Source: Clostridiales bacterium (GTDB taxonomy: Bacteria > Bacillota > Clostridia > Christensenellales > Borkfalkiaceae). Taken from it: DNA of 64,000 bases. Location of the stretch: the NCBI GenBank assembly GCA_015069625.1, contig SVIE01000001.1, forward strand, positions 1,208-65,207, written 5' to 3'. Below are positions 1-6,798 of the stretch, in pieces. The translations under genes were made by a program, and so were the position numbers. Under the pieces are notes generated by a model. It was not told the DNA's origin. It made no database searches and saw only the letters and a list, made by a program, of their open reading frames with translations. Numbering within the stretch: position 1 is the first letter of the stretch; each line of letters begins with the position of its first letter.

Positions 1-717
1 GTACATATCAGTAAAAACCTCATCTTTATATCGGTAAATGCCTGAATATTTTTCATTTTTAAGTATTTTGTAAATAGTGTTTCTAGCAAACGGCTTGCCT
101 TTGTTGTAAATACCTTTTGAGTTAAGTTCTGACATAATATCTTTTACGTAAACGCCTATTGCATATTGTTCATAAATAAATCTAACTACTTCGGCTTGTT
201 CCTCGTTTATTAGTATTTTCTTGTTTTCTACTTTATAGCCATAAATAAGAGGACCACCTTGGTAATTGCCTTTGTTTCTAGTTTCTCTCATACCACGCCT
301 AACTTTTTGTGATAACTCTGCCGAATAATATTCTGCATAACCCTCAAAGATAGATTCCATTATAATTCTTTCAGGTGTATCAGGTAAATACTCAGTTGCA
401 GATACTAATTGAACGCCATTTTCTTTCAACGTAGCTTTGTGTTTTAACGTTTCAAACTTATTTCTAGAAAACCTATCGAATTTGTAAACTAAAACGTAAT
501 CCCATTCTTTCTTTTTGCTATCTGCAATCATTTTTTGAAAGGCAGGTCGATTATCGTTAGTTCCTGTCATAGCCCTATCGATATACGTATCAAGGATAAG
601 TATATCGTTTGATTTTGCATAGTCTTGGCAAACGTGAAGTTGACCTTCAATACTTTGCTCTGTTTGGTTGTCGCTAGAATACCTAGCATAAATTACAGCT
701 GTTTTTAATTTTTTCAT
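1..717 (-). CDS. Large serine recombinase (resolvase-type catalytic domain plus recombinase domain); C-terminus cut by the window edge
   Basis: Absent from the ORF track because it runs off the window. The reverse complement from ATG (715-717) reads MKKLKTAVIYARYSSDNQTEQSIEGQLHVCQDYA...VYKFDRFSRNKFE...RRGMRETRNKGNYQGGPLIYGYK. It carries the YxRxSxxxQ catalytic-serine motif and DRFSR. A GGAG-type RBS lies on the minus strand at ~725-731. Confidence 0.85.
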   Translation of the reverse strand, partial: MKKLKTAVIYARYSSDNQTEQSIEGQLHVCQDYAKSNDILILDTYIDRAMTGTNDNRPAFQKMIADSKKKEWDYVLVYKFDRFSRNKFETLKHKATLKENGVQLVSATEYLPDTPERIIMESIFEGYAEYYSAELSQKVRRGMRETRNKGNYQGGPLIYGYKVENKKILINEEQAEVVRFIYEQYAIGVYVKDIMSELNSKGIYNKGKPFARNTIYKILKNEKYSGIYRYKDEVFTDMY

Positions 718-915
718 TTTTTTAATCTCCTTTAATTTTGATTATTTTTTTAATTTGTCTTTCGACAGGAGCGAACAAAACGGAACGGCTTATGTAATTT
801 TAATTTTTATACACTTAACCTTTTTCACAAGGGTTGCTAAAAGCAATACACTTTACCCTTGTAAAAAAGAGCAGTTTCGTTTAAGCTCCCCAAAAGGCGA
901 AAGATAAATTCTTAT

Positions 916-1047
916 TTATTTCGCCTTTTTAAGTTCTTGAATACGTTTTAACAAAGTGATATAAAAGTGCTTTTGTTGGCTTTCGTTCAAGTCGGATAAA
1001 CTAGGCTTTCCAAACGCTACCAAATCTAAATGTTGATTCTTTTTCAT
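916..1047 (-). CDS. Small hypothetical protein (43 aa) upstream of the recombinase
   Basis: Minus-strand ATG at 1045-1047 is preceded by GGAGGT. Translation is MKKNQHLDLVAFGKPSLSDLNESQQKHFYITLLKRIQELKKAK. The stop is embedded in the hairpin AAGGCGAAA...TTTCGCCTT. The ORF is too short for the ORF track and no family was recognised. Confidence 0.3.
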   Translation of the reverse strand: MKKNQHLDLVAFGKPSLSDLNESQQKHFYITLLKRIQELKKAK

Positions 1048-1852
1048 TTTTACCTCCTTTATCGCATAGAAAAAGGCATAACACTAAAAGCCCGAATTAA
1101 TCGGGTAATAGTATCACGCCCTGAAAATACAACCACTGTTTCTATGCGAAAATCTCGGCTTGCTATTTTTGCGTTTTACGCTCTCAGCTATGAAATTTAT
1201 TTTTTTGTTTTTATATCAAAAGTAGAATTAATGTTATGGCAAAAACATTAATACCTAGAAAGACTGATTTATCTAAAAACATTAGACTTAAAATTTATGC
1301 TTCACTTGTATCAAGACAAGCACACGTCTAACTCTCATTTGCAGTTTTTAAGGCTAAATTTTGCAAACGTAAAAAACACGCTAACTTGTAAAATACCAAG
1401 CACACACCTAACTGCCATTTGTCTATTTTTCTTGCTTTTATTGTTACACAAAAATTGCTTTAGGTGTTATTCAATAAATTCTAAAAAGTTACAAAAAAGT
1501 ATAAAGGCTTTTAAGAAAATATAATCACTTATAATGGCTTATAAAAAATTGTAAAAAAGACACTCACTTGTATATATACAAGCACACGCCTAACACTCAT
1601 TTGCCTTTTTTGAGCGTTTTATATCTCTTAATTTTGGGCTAATATTTTTGTAATAAGATACAACCTAAATACGAAAGGTAATTGCACATTATAAATAATT
1701 TTTCAAAAAAATTTTAATAATTAAAGTGGCAACCTAATTTCCACTTTGAAAAAATTTTAAAATAAAAAAAGGACACCTAATGTCCTAATTAAAATATTAT
1801 TTCGAGGAAACGTAAAAATAATTAAAGGCAGAAGCAAAAAACAATGAAAAAT

Positions 1853-1929
1853 GCCGAGGTGGGTTATGGCGAAAGATTGCGCCAACGGTTTAGTGCGCAA
1901 CTTCGCCTCCCACTCGGCTTTCATTTTTT
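1853..1929. terminator. Long three-tier GC-rich hairpin with flanking A- and T-tracts (bidirectional terminator-like)
   Basis: GCCGAG(G)TGGG pairs with CCCACTCGGC, GGCGAA with TTCGCC, and GCGC with GCGC, nested within 1853-1918. TTTCATTTTTT follows and AAAAAACAATGAAAAAT precedes. Confidence 0.55.
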
Positions 1930-2000
1930 GTCTGCTTTAATTTTAGTTGCTCGTTATTTTATATGCTTTTAGTTTGCTTTTTTCGAGTAGTAAAGTTGAG

Positions 2001-2068
2001 GTTTAGGCGTGTGCTTGTCTCGGTGGAGCGAAGCGACACCGACTTGTATCAAGACAAGCACACGTCCT
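2001..2068. repeat. Nested inverted repeat (cruciform-capable) formed by repeat copies 4 and 5
   Basis: AGGCGTGTGCTTGTCT (2005-2020) is the reverse complement of AGACAAGCACACG(T)CCT (2052-2068). The inner hairpin is CGGTG-N11-CACCG (2021-2041). Confidence 0.75.
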
Positions 2069-2122
2069 AGTGCCAAAATTAAATTTTAGTTCATTTTTAT
2101 TAATGTGGAATATATAAAATAG

Positions 2123-2151
2123 TTGAATTTCTAGTAAGTATGTGTTATAAT
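2123..2151 (+). promoter_or_regulatory. Sigma-A-type promoter of the HTH-M-X-M operon
   Basis: TTGAAT (2123-2128), a 17-nt spacer, then TATAAT (2146-2151) with a TGT extended -10. Confidence 0.55.
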
Positions 2152-2196
2152 AGTATTGTTCCACGGGGCGAACAATGCAAGTTGGAGATTTTTCTA

Positions 2197-2385
2197 ATGA
2201 ACGGAGAGTTTATGACCGCTAGTCAGGCGGCTAAAAAATGGGGTATAACACAACGAAGAGTACAAATCCTATGTTCTAAAGGTAGAATAGACGGCGTGTT
2301 TAAGTTGGGCGAAAATTGGGTTATTCCTGCTACGGCACAAAAGCCAATTGATGGTAGAATTAAAAAGGAAAAAGAAAATGTTTAA
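2197..2385 (+). CDS. Small helix-turn-helix DNA-binding protein (excisionase/MerR-like HTH); possible controller of the downstream operon
   Basis: MNGEFMTASQAAKKWGITQRRVQILCSKGRIDGVFKLGENWVIPATAQKP. The start is moved to ATG 2197 because the track start (2140) lies upstream of the -10 box. GGAG lies ~9 nt upstream, and the 3' end overlaps the next gene. Confidence 0.6.
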   Translation: MNGEFMTASQAAKKWGITQRRVQILCSKGRIDGVFKLGENWVIPATAQKPIDGRIKKEKENV

Positions 2386-3421
2386 TGTATTAGATTTGTT
2401 TTGTGGATGTGGGGGGTTATCTTATGGCTTTGAGTCAGCAGGATATAATATAGTTTTAGGCATTGATAACGATAAAAAAGCCTTAGAAACATTTGAATTA
2501 AACCATAAAAATTCAAAATCAATTTGTGGAGATATTACTACCATACACGCAGTAGATATTAATCGTATCACGGGTGGAAAACAAATTGACGTTATTATTG
2601 GCGGACCACCTTGCCAAGGTATGTCCTTATCAGGTCCTAGAAGGTTTGATGACCCAAGAAATAAACTTTATTTATCTTATATACGTCTTGTAGAAGAAAT
2701 TCAACCTAAAGCTTTTGTGATAGAAAATGTTCCGGGATTAGTTTCGCTGTTTAATGGGCAAATAAAAGATAGTATTATTGAGAGATTAACATCGTTAGGA
2801 TATAATGTTCAATATAAAATTTTGTGCTCAGCTGATTATGGTGTTCCCCAAAGCCGTCGAAGAGTGGTTTTTGTTGGATTAAAAACAGGTGAATTCATAT
2901 ATCCTAAAATTAACGATAATCAAGTGACTTGTGAAATGGCGTTAAGCGATTTACCCCCTTTAGTAGATTGTTTAGGGGAAGAAAATCAAGAATATGCGAC
3001 CAAAGCCATTAATGATTATCAAAAACTTATGAGAAAGCGTTCTGACGTGGTTAAAAATCATATTGCGGCAACACACTCTGATAAAGTAAAAAATATTATT
3101 TCTATGGTTCCCGACGGAGGTAATTATAAAGACCTTCCCGAACCTTATCGTAGTAGTCGTAATTTCCATGTGGCGTGGACACGTTTTAATAGCCAAAAGC
3201 CTGCTCCCACTATCGACACGGGACATAGGCATCATTTCCATTATAAATATGATAGAGTTCCTACGGTTAGAGAATGTGCGAGATTACAGTCTTTCCCTGA
3301 TGACTTTATCTTTTTAGGAAATAAAACGCAACAATTTAGACAGGTTGGCAACGCTGTCCCACCATTAATGGCACAAGCGATTGCTAATCAGTTGCTTAAA
3401 TTTATTACAAAGGAGAACTAA
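2378..3421 (+). CDS. DNA (cytosine-5)-methyltransferase, copy 1
   Basis: Motif I DLFCGCGG, motif IV GGPPCQGMS, motif VI ENVPG, motif VIII QSRRR, TVRECARLQSFPDDF, and motif X GNAVPP. ATG 2378 sits right after an A/G-rich RBS. Confidence 0.92.
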   Translation: MFNVLDLFCGCGGLSYGFESAGYNIVLGIDNDKKALETFELNHKNSKSICGDITTIHAVDINRITGGKQIDVIIGGPPCQGMSLSGPRRFDDPRNKLYLSYIRLVEEIQPKAFVIENVPGLVSLFNGQIKDSIIERLTSLGYNVQYKILCSADYGVPQSRRRVVFVGLKTGEFIYPKINDNQVTCEMALSDLPPLVDCLGEENQEYATKAINDYQKLMRKRSDVVKNHIAATHSDKVKNIISMVPDGGNYKDLPEPYRSSRNFHVAWTRFNSQKPAPTIDTGHRHHFHYKYDRVPTVRECARLQSFPDDFIFLGNKTQQFRQVGNAVPPLMAQAIANQLLKFITKEN

Positions 3422-3422
3422 A

Positions 3423-4421
3423 ATGTATATAGTTCCTGAAGAATATTATTTTAGAATACACCACGTTCGTCCACGTTTCAAAGGCGATATTGAAAACGTA
3501 TTATTATTTATGGCAACAGAAATCTCAAAAATGGAAGAAATGCCCGAAAAAGATTTTGCCAACGAATTAAATAATGCGATTAGAAGATATCCGGGTAATG
3601 GAATAAGAGAAATTAAGACAATTAATAATTGGAGAACAGAAATATCTGCTTTATTTGGTTATTTTATTGTAGAAAATGGGACTACTCGCCCCGGGAAACG
3701 TGCTTTTGAGTTGGCGCAAAAAGAAGATTTGGTTGAAGCGTTTAAGACTTTCCTTTATACATTTCAATATCCCGGCGCACACATTAAAACTCACGAAGTA
3801 TTAAAACAAATTGAAAAAGGCGTTCATTTTAAGCCTGCACAATACATTTTACAGGTATTAGAAGAAGCGGAAAAAGATACAAAAGGTAGAGTCGGATTAT
3901 CAAAAGAAGAAGTTTGTCATTGTATCTTCAACGACTTACGAGCAACTGCTCAAATGGAAACTCCTTTAGAAACTTGGAAAAGAATAAAACATAATCGTGA
4001 ATTGGAAGTTGAATATGATTCTACAGGAGATGTTGTTCGTTATGCTGGCGATATTGTAGATTATATGGAAATCGCAAACTTATTAGTTTCTCACGATAGT
4101 CGTTGTTATTATAAAAACACTCTTGAAAGTGAAACAATATTAAAATTTATTAACTCATCCGAATGGTATAGTGCTTATGATAAACTAATCAAAAAGAAAA
4201 GTGCAACGCTTGAAAATGTTAAAGATTGTGTTGTTGGTTGGTTTAAGTATGTAAATAGACTAATGATAAGTAAAGCGGATAAAAAGTTGTATGTTATTCA
4301 AGACCCTGTTGGTTTGTATAAAAATGATATAATTGAAATGATACCTAAAAATGGTGCGGAAATTACGTTCAACGTAGATACCGCAGGACAATATGAGGAG
4401 TTATTATCGTGGGCAAATTAA
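3423..4421 (+). CDS. Unassigned 332-aa protein between two C5-MTases; presumed restriction/specificity component, family not established
   Basis: AGGAG RBS; the ATG is 2 nt after the M1 stop and the 3' end overlaps the M2 start. No PD-(D/E)xK, HNH or GIY-YIG signature could be recognised with confidence. From memory only, there is a faint resemblance to the N-terminal recognition region of AlwI/PleI/N.BstNBI-type enzymes (FLYTFQYPG, GLSKEEVCHCIF). Confidence 0.45.
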   Translation: MYIVPEEYYFRIHHVRPRFKGDIENVLLFMATEISKMEEMPEKDFANELNNAIRRYPGNGIREIKTINNWRTEISALFGYFIVENGTTRPGKRAFELAQKEDLVEAFKTFLYTFQYPGAHIKTHEVLKQIEKGVHFKPAQYILQVLEEAEKDTKGRVGLSKEEVCHCIFNDLRATAQMETPLETWKRIKHNRELEVEYDSTGDVVRYAGDIVDYMEIANLLVSHDSRCYYKNTLESETILKFINSSEWYSAYDKLIKKKSATLENVKDCVVGWFKYVNRLMISKADKKLYVIQDPVGLYKNDIIEMIPKNGAEITFNVDTAGQYEELLSWAN

Positions 4422-5374
4422 AAGTAGCATCATTATTTTGTGGTTGTGGCGGTACTGATGTTGGGTTATTGGGTGGATTTGACTTTTTAGGCAAAAATTA
4501 TCCTAATAATCCCGTAGAAATTGTATATGCGAACGACATTGACGATAATGCTTGTCGCATTTTTGAAGAAAATTTTGGTATTACGCCCGATAATCGTGAT
4601 ATTAGAGAAATAAAATCGGATGAACTTCCTGATTTTGATATTTTGACAGGCGGTTTTCCTTGCCAATCGTTTTCTATTGTCGCTCAAAATCCTAAACGTT
4701 TAGGCGTTAAAGACGATAGAGGCAAATTGTTCTTTGAAATGTGTCGTATTTTAAGAGATAAAAAGCCTAAATGCTTTATTGCTGAAAACGTAAAAGGTAT
4801 TTTATCGGCAAATGAAAAAAACGCTTTCCCTTTAATTATTAAAGAGTTTGAAGATAGCGGTTATAATGTATCTTATAGACTTCTTAATGCCGTTAATTTT
4901 GGCGTTCCCCAAAAAAGAGAAAGGGTTATTATTGTCGGCATAAGAAAAGATTTAGGCTTTACTTTTGATTTTAATGGGTTACCCCAAGAAGGAGATTTTC
5001 CTATTACTTCACTTTCACAAGTAATAGAAAATACTGTCCCTGAAAAATATTTCTTTAGTCAAAAAGCCGTTGATGGTATGATGAGGAAAAGAGAAACTAT
5101 GAACAAAGGTCGTGCTCAAGACATTACGCAACCTTGCAATACTGTTGGCGCACACCTTGCAAAAGTTTCATTGAACAGTACCGACCCCGTTTTAATGGTT
5201 GGAGAAAGATATAGAAGATTTACTCCTAGAGAAGTTGCTCGTATTCAATCTTTCCCTGAAACATTTGAATTGGTAGGGACAGAATCCGCCCAATATAGAG
5301 CGTTAGGAAATGCTATTGCCCCCGTTATGTTTTGGTATGTAGCGCAAGCAGTTTCTAAATTGTTAACGGCGTGA
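4409..5374 (+). CDS. DNA (cytosine-5)-methyltransferase, copy 2
   Basis: GTG start with GAGGAG 8 nt upstream. Motif I SLFCGCGG, motif IV GGFPCQSFS, motif VI AENVKG, motif VIII QKRER, TPREVARIQSFPETF, and motif X GNAIAP. Confidence 0.92.
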   Translation: MGKLKVASLFCGCGGTDVGLLGGFDFLGKNYPNNPVEIVYANDIDDNACRIFEENFGITPDNRDIREIKSDELPDFDILTGGFPCQSFSIVAQNPKRLGVKDDRGKLFFEMCRILRDKKPKCFIAENVKGILSANEKNAFPLIIKEFEDSGYNVSYRLLNAVNFGVPQKRERVIIVGIRKDLGFTFDFNGLPQEGDFPITSLSQVIENTVPEKYFFSQKAVDGMMRKRETMNKGRAQDITQPCNTVGAHLAKVSLNSTDPVLMVGERYRRFTPREVARIQSFPETFELVGTESAQYRALGNAIAPVMFWYVAQAVSKLLTA

Positions 5375-5384
5375 GGAACTTTAT

Positions 5385-5913
5385 ATGAATGACGAAGCTT
5401 TTAAAAACACATTAATTAAGGCTATTGAATTAGACCCAACCACTTTTACCTATAGAACAAATTTATGCTCTACTCTTATAAAAAGCAATGTATATATTGA
5501 ATATTTACAACTATTTTTCTGCCAACCCACGACAATTAGAAAATGAAAAACGTAATGTTTTAGTTAGGGTGATTGTTCCTGAAAGCGAAGAAATAAGAGA
5601 TAACATCATATTCGCAACTAACAACCAAACAAATATCCCTAAATCTTCTTTACGTGTTACAGATACAATTCATTTGCAAATTGAGATGTATTTTAAAAGT
5701 CGTGGTTTGTATTATGATAGAAGAAAAAATTATTATAAAAACCAAAAGAAGAAATCGGCTGAGATTGTTGGAGTATCATTCTTGGCTCAATGTTTAATAA
5801 GTATAATTTTGAGAAAACCTGATTTTGCTAGAGCAAGACCTTCTACATTATTAACGGATGACGAAACTTATGCATTTCTATACGAAGAAAATCAAAATTT
5901 AGAAGCATATTAA
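5385..5913 (+). pseudogene. Decayed gene fragments: a 51-aa ORF plus an out-of-frame 141-aa ORF resembling the C-terminal part of AIPR-type abortive-infection proteins
   Basis: ATG 5385 opens MNDEAFKNTLIKAIELDPTTF... and stops near 5540. Frame +1 opens only at 5482 (just after a TAA) and reads ...IFATNNQTNIPKSSLRVTDTIHLQIEMYFKSRGLYYDRRKNYYK.... No RBS precedes ATG 5488. The AIPR resemblance is from memory. Confidence 0.4.
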
Positions 5914-5975
5914 AATTAAGTTTTCAACATAATAAATAATATTAAAAAATTTTTCAAAAAATATGTAAATAAAAC

Positions 5976-6004
5976 TTGACATTTGAAATTTTGCATATTA
6001 TAAT
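5976..6004 (+). promoter_or_regulatory. Sigma-A-type promoter
   Basis: TTGACA (5976-5981), 17 nt, TATAAT (5999-6004). Confidence 0.55.
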
Positions 6005-6040
6005 TAGTGTAAAGTTAACTTTACATTTTTAATAGGAGGT

Positions 6041-6385
6041 ATGAAGAAAATGGACAATAAAGAAGTTTTAGAAAAAATTTCTAAAAAGAAAGCACACGTT
6101 GGTGAAATGGAAAGTGCAAAAATCAACAAAGCGTGTTGGATAGCGGTTATCGTTGCAGGAATTTTAGCCGTTGCGTTTATGATAGTGGAAGGTGCGCTTG
6201 GGCATTACTCTGCAATATTTGCAATCGGCGGGGTGTGTTATGCTTGGGCAAGCGTGTTCTATTTTTGTCAGTATTTTGTGGCAAAAAGAAAGTTTGTCGG
6301 CATCTTGATTGGCGGAACGTTGCACGGTCTTGCATGCATAACGATGATAACGCTTTATATATTGTTTAGCGTTGGGGTGTTATAA
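6041..6385 (+). CDS. Small integral membrane protein (3 predicted TM helices)
   Basis: AGGAGG RBS. Hydrophobic stretches WIAVIVAGILAVAFMIV, IFAIGGVCYAWASVFYF and ACITMITLYILF. ATGA-type overlap with the downstream XRE gene. Confidence 0.6.
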   Translation: MKKMDNKEVLEKISKKKAHVGEMESAKINKACWIAVIVAGILAVAFMIVEGALGHYSAIFAIGGVCYAWASVFYFCQYFVAKRKFVGILIGGTLHGLACITMITLYILFSVGVL

Positions 6386-6591
6386 TGAATAGCGATATCA
6401 TACTTTATAACGAGATAAAAACCGCACGTCAAGCAAAAAAGATTTCGCAAGAAGAACTTGCACGTATGGTTGGTACAACCCGTCAAACGATAATTTCCAT
6501 TGAAAAAAATCAATTCAATCCGTCGGCAAAACTTGCGCTTTTAATCTGTATTGCGCTTGACAAAAAGTTTGAAGAATTATTTCATTTTTAA
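6385..6591 (+). CDS. XRE-family helix-turn-helix transcriptional regulator
   Basis: KISQEELARMVGTTRQTIISIEKNQFNPS is a canonical Cro/C1-type HTH. A stem-loop follows at ~6600-6632. Confidence 0.85.
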   Translation: MNSDIILYNEIKTARQAKKISQEELARMVGTTRQTIISIEKNQFNPSAKLALLICIALDKKFEELFHF

Positions 6592-6737
6592 GTAAAAAAG
6601 TTCCTGTTTAACTCGTTTAGACAGGAGCTTTTATTTTAGGCTAGCAAAAGTTGGTCTATTTTTCGGACTTGCGTGGTAAAAAATAAGAATATTTTCAAAA
6701 AAATTAAATAAAATTTAATATTATTTATTTCCATTTA

Positions 6738-6766
6738 TTGACGGCTAAATAAAAAATTGATATAAT
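6738..6766 (+). promoter_or_regulatory. Sigma-A-type promoter of glnA
   Basis: TTGACG (6738-6743), 17 nt, TATAAT (6761-6766). Confidence 0.5.
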
Positions 6767-6798
6767 TACAGTATATTTTCAATAAGGAGAAAAATTTT

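Larger units (their letters stand above)
1303..2074 (+). repeat. Five-copy dispersed repeat family (~35-40 nt, core ACAAGCACACGYCTAA), four direct copies plus one inverted
   Basis: Direct copies lie at 1303-1342, 1383-1422, 1565-1604 and 2041-2074, for example CACTTGTATCAAGACAAGCACACGTCTAACTCTCATTTGC. The inverted copy lies at 2001-2020 (GTTTAGGCGTGTGCTTGTCT). Each direct copy starts with an internal palindrome CTTGT..ACAAG, which is perfect in copy 3 (CTTGTATATATACAAG). Confidence 0.8.
1..5913. mobile_element. Putative integrated mobile/defence island; left end lies beyond the window and the right boundary is approximate
   Basis: Serine recombinase at the window edge, a long repeat-rich non-coding stretch, a restriction-modification-like operon and decayed gene fragments. 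It abuts core metabolism genes (glnA, pur operon). By eye the region looks more AT-rich than the flanking core genes; this was not computed. Confidence 0.5.

Noticed and set aside
1030-1524. Track ORFs 1030-1251 and 1297-1524 (+), as possible island genes
   Set aside because: The translations are low-complexity and Phe/Leu/Lys/Cys-rich. There is no RBS, the first overlaps the minus-strand small ORF and its RBS, and the second is made of repeat copies 1 and 2. They look like chance ORFs in AT-rich non-coding DNA.
1506-1562. GGCTTATAAAA(A)ATT shared between the island (about 1546-1562) and the glnS-downstream element (32946-32962), as a possible att-like link
   Set aside because: It is a short AT-rich match of about 14-16 nt with no supporting flanking similarity, so it cannot be distinguished from chance by eye.
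1303-2074. Repeat family considered as a CRISPR array
   Set aside because: Spacing is highly irregular (80, 182 and 476 nt), one copy is inverted, the copies are only ~75-85% identical outside the core, and there are no cas genes in the window.
2140-2196. Track start (ATG 2140) for the HTH protein
   Set aside because: It lies upstream of the -10 box (2146-2151) of the only good promoter, and its N-terminal extension (MCYNSIVPRGEQCKLEIFL) is not protein-like. ATG 2197, which has GGAG upstream, is preferred.
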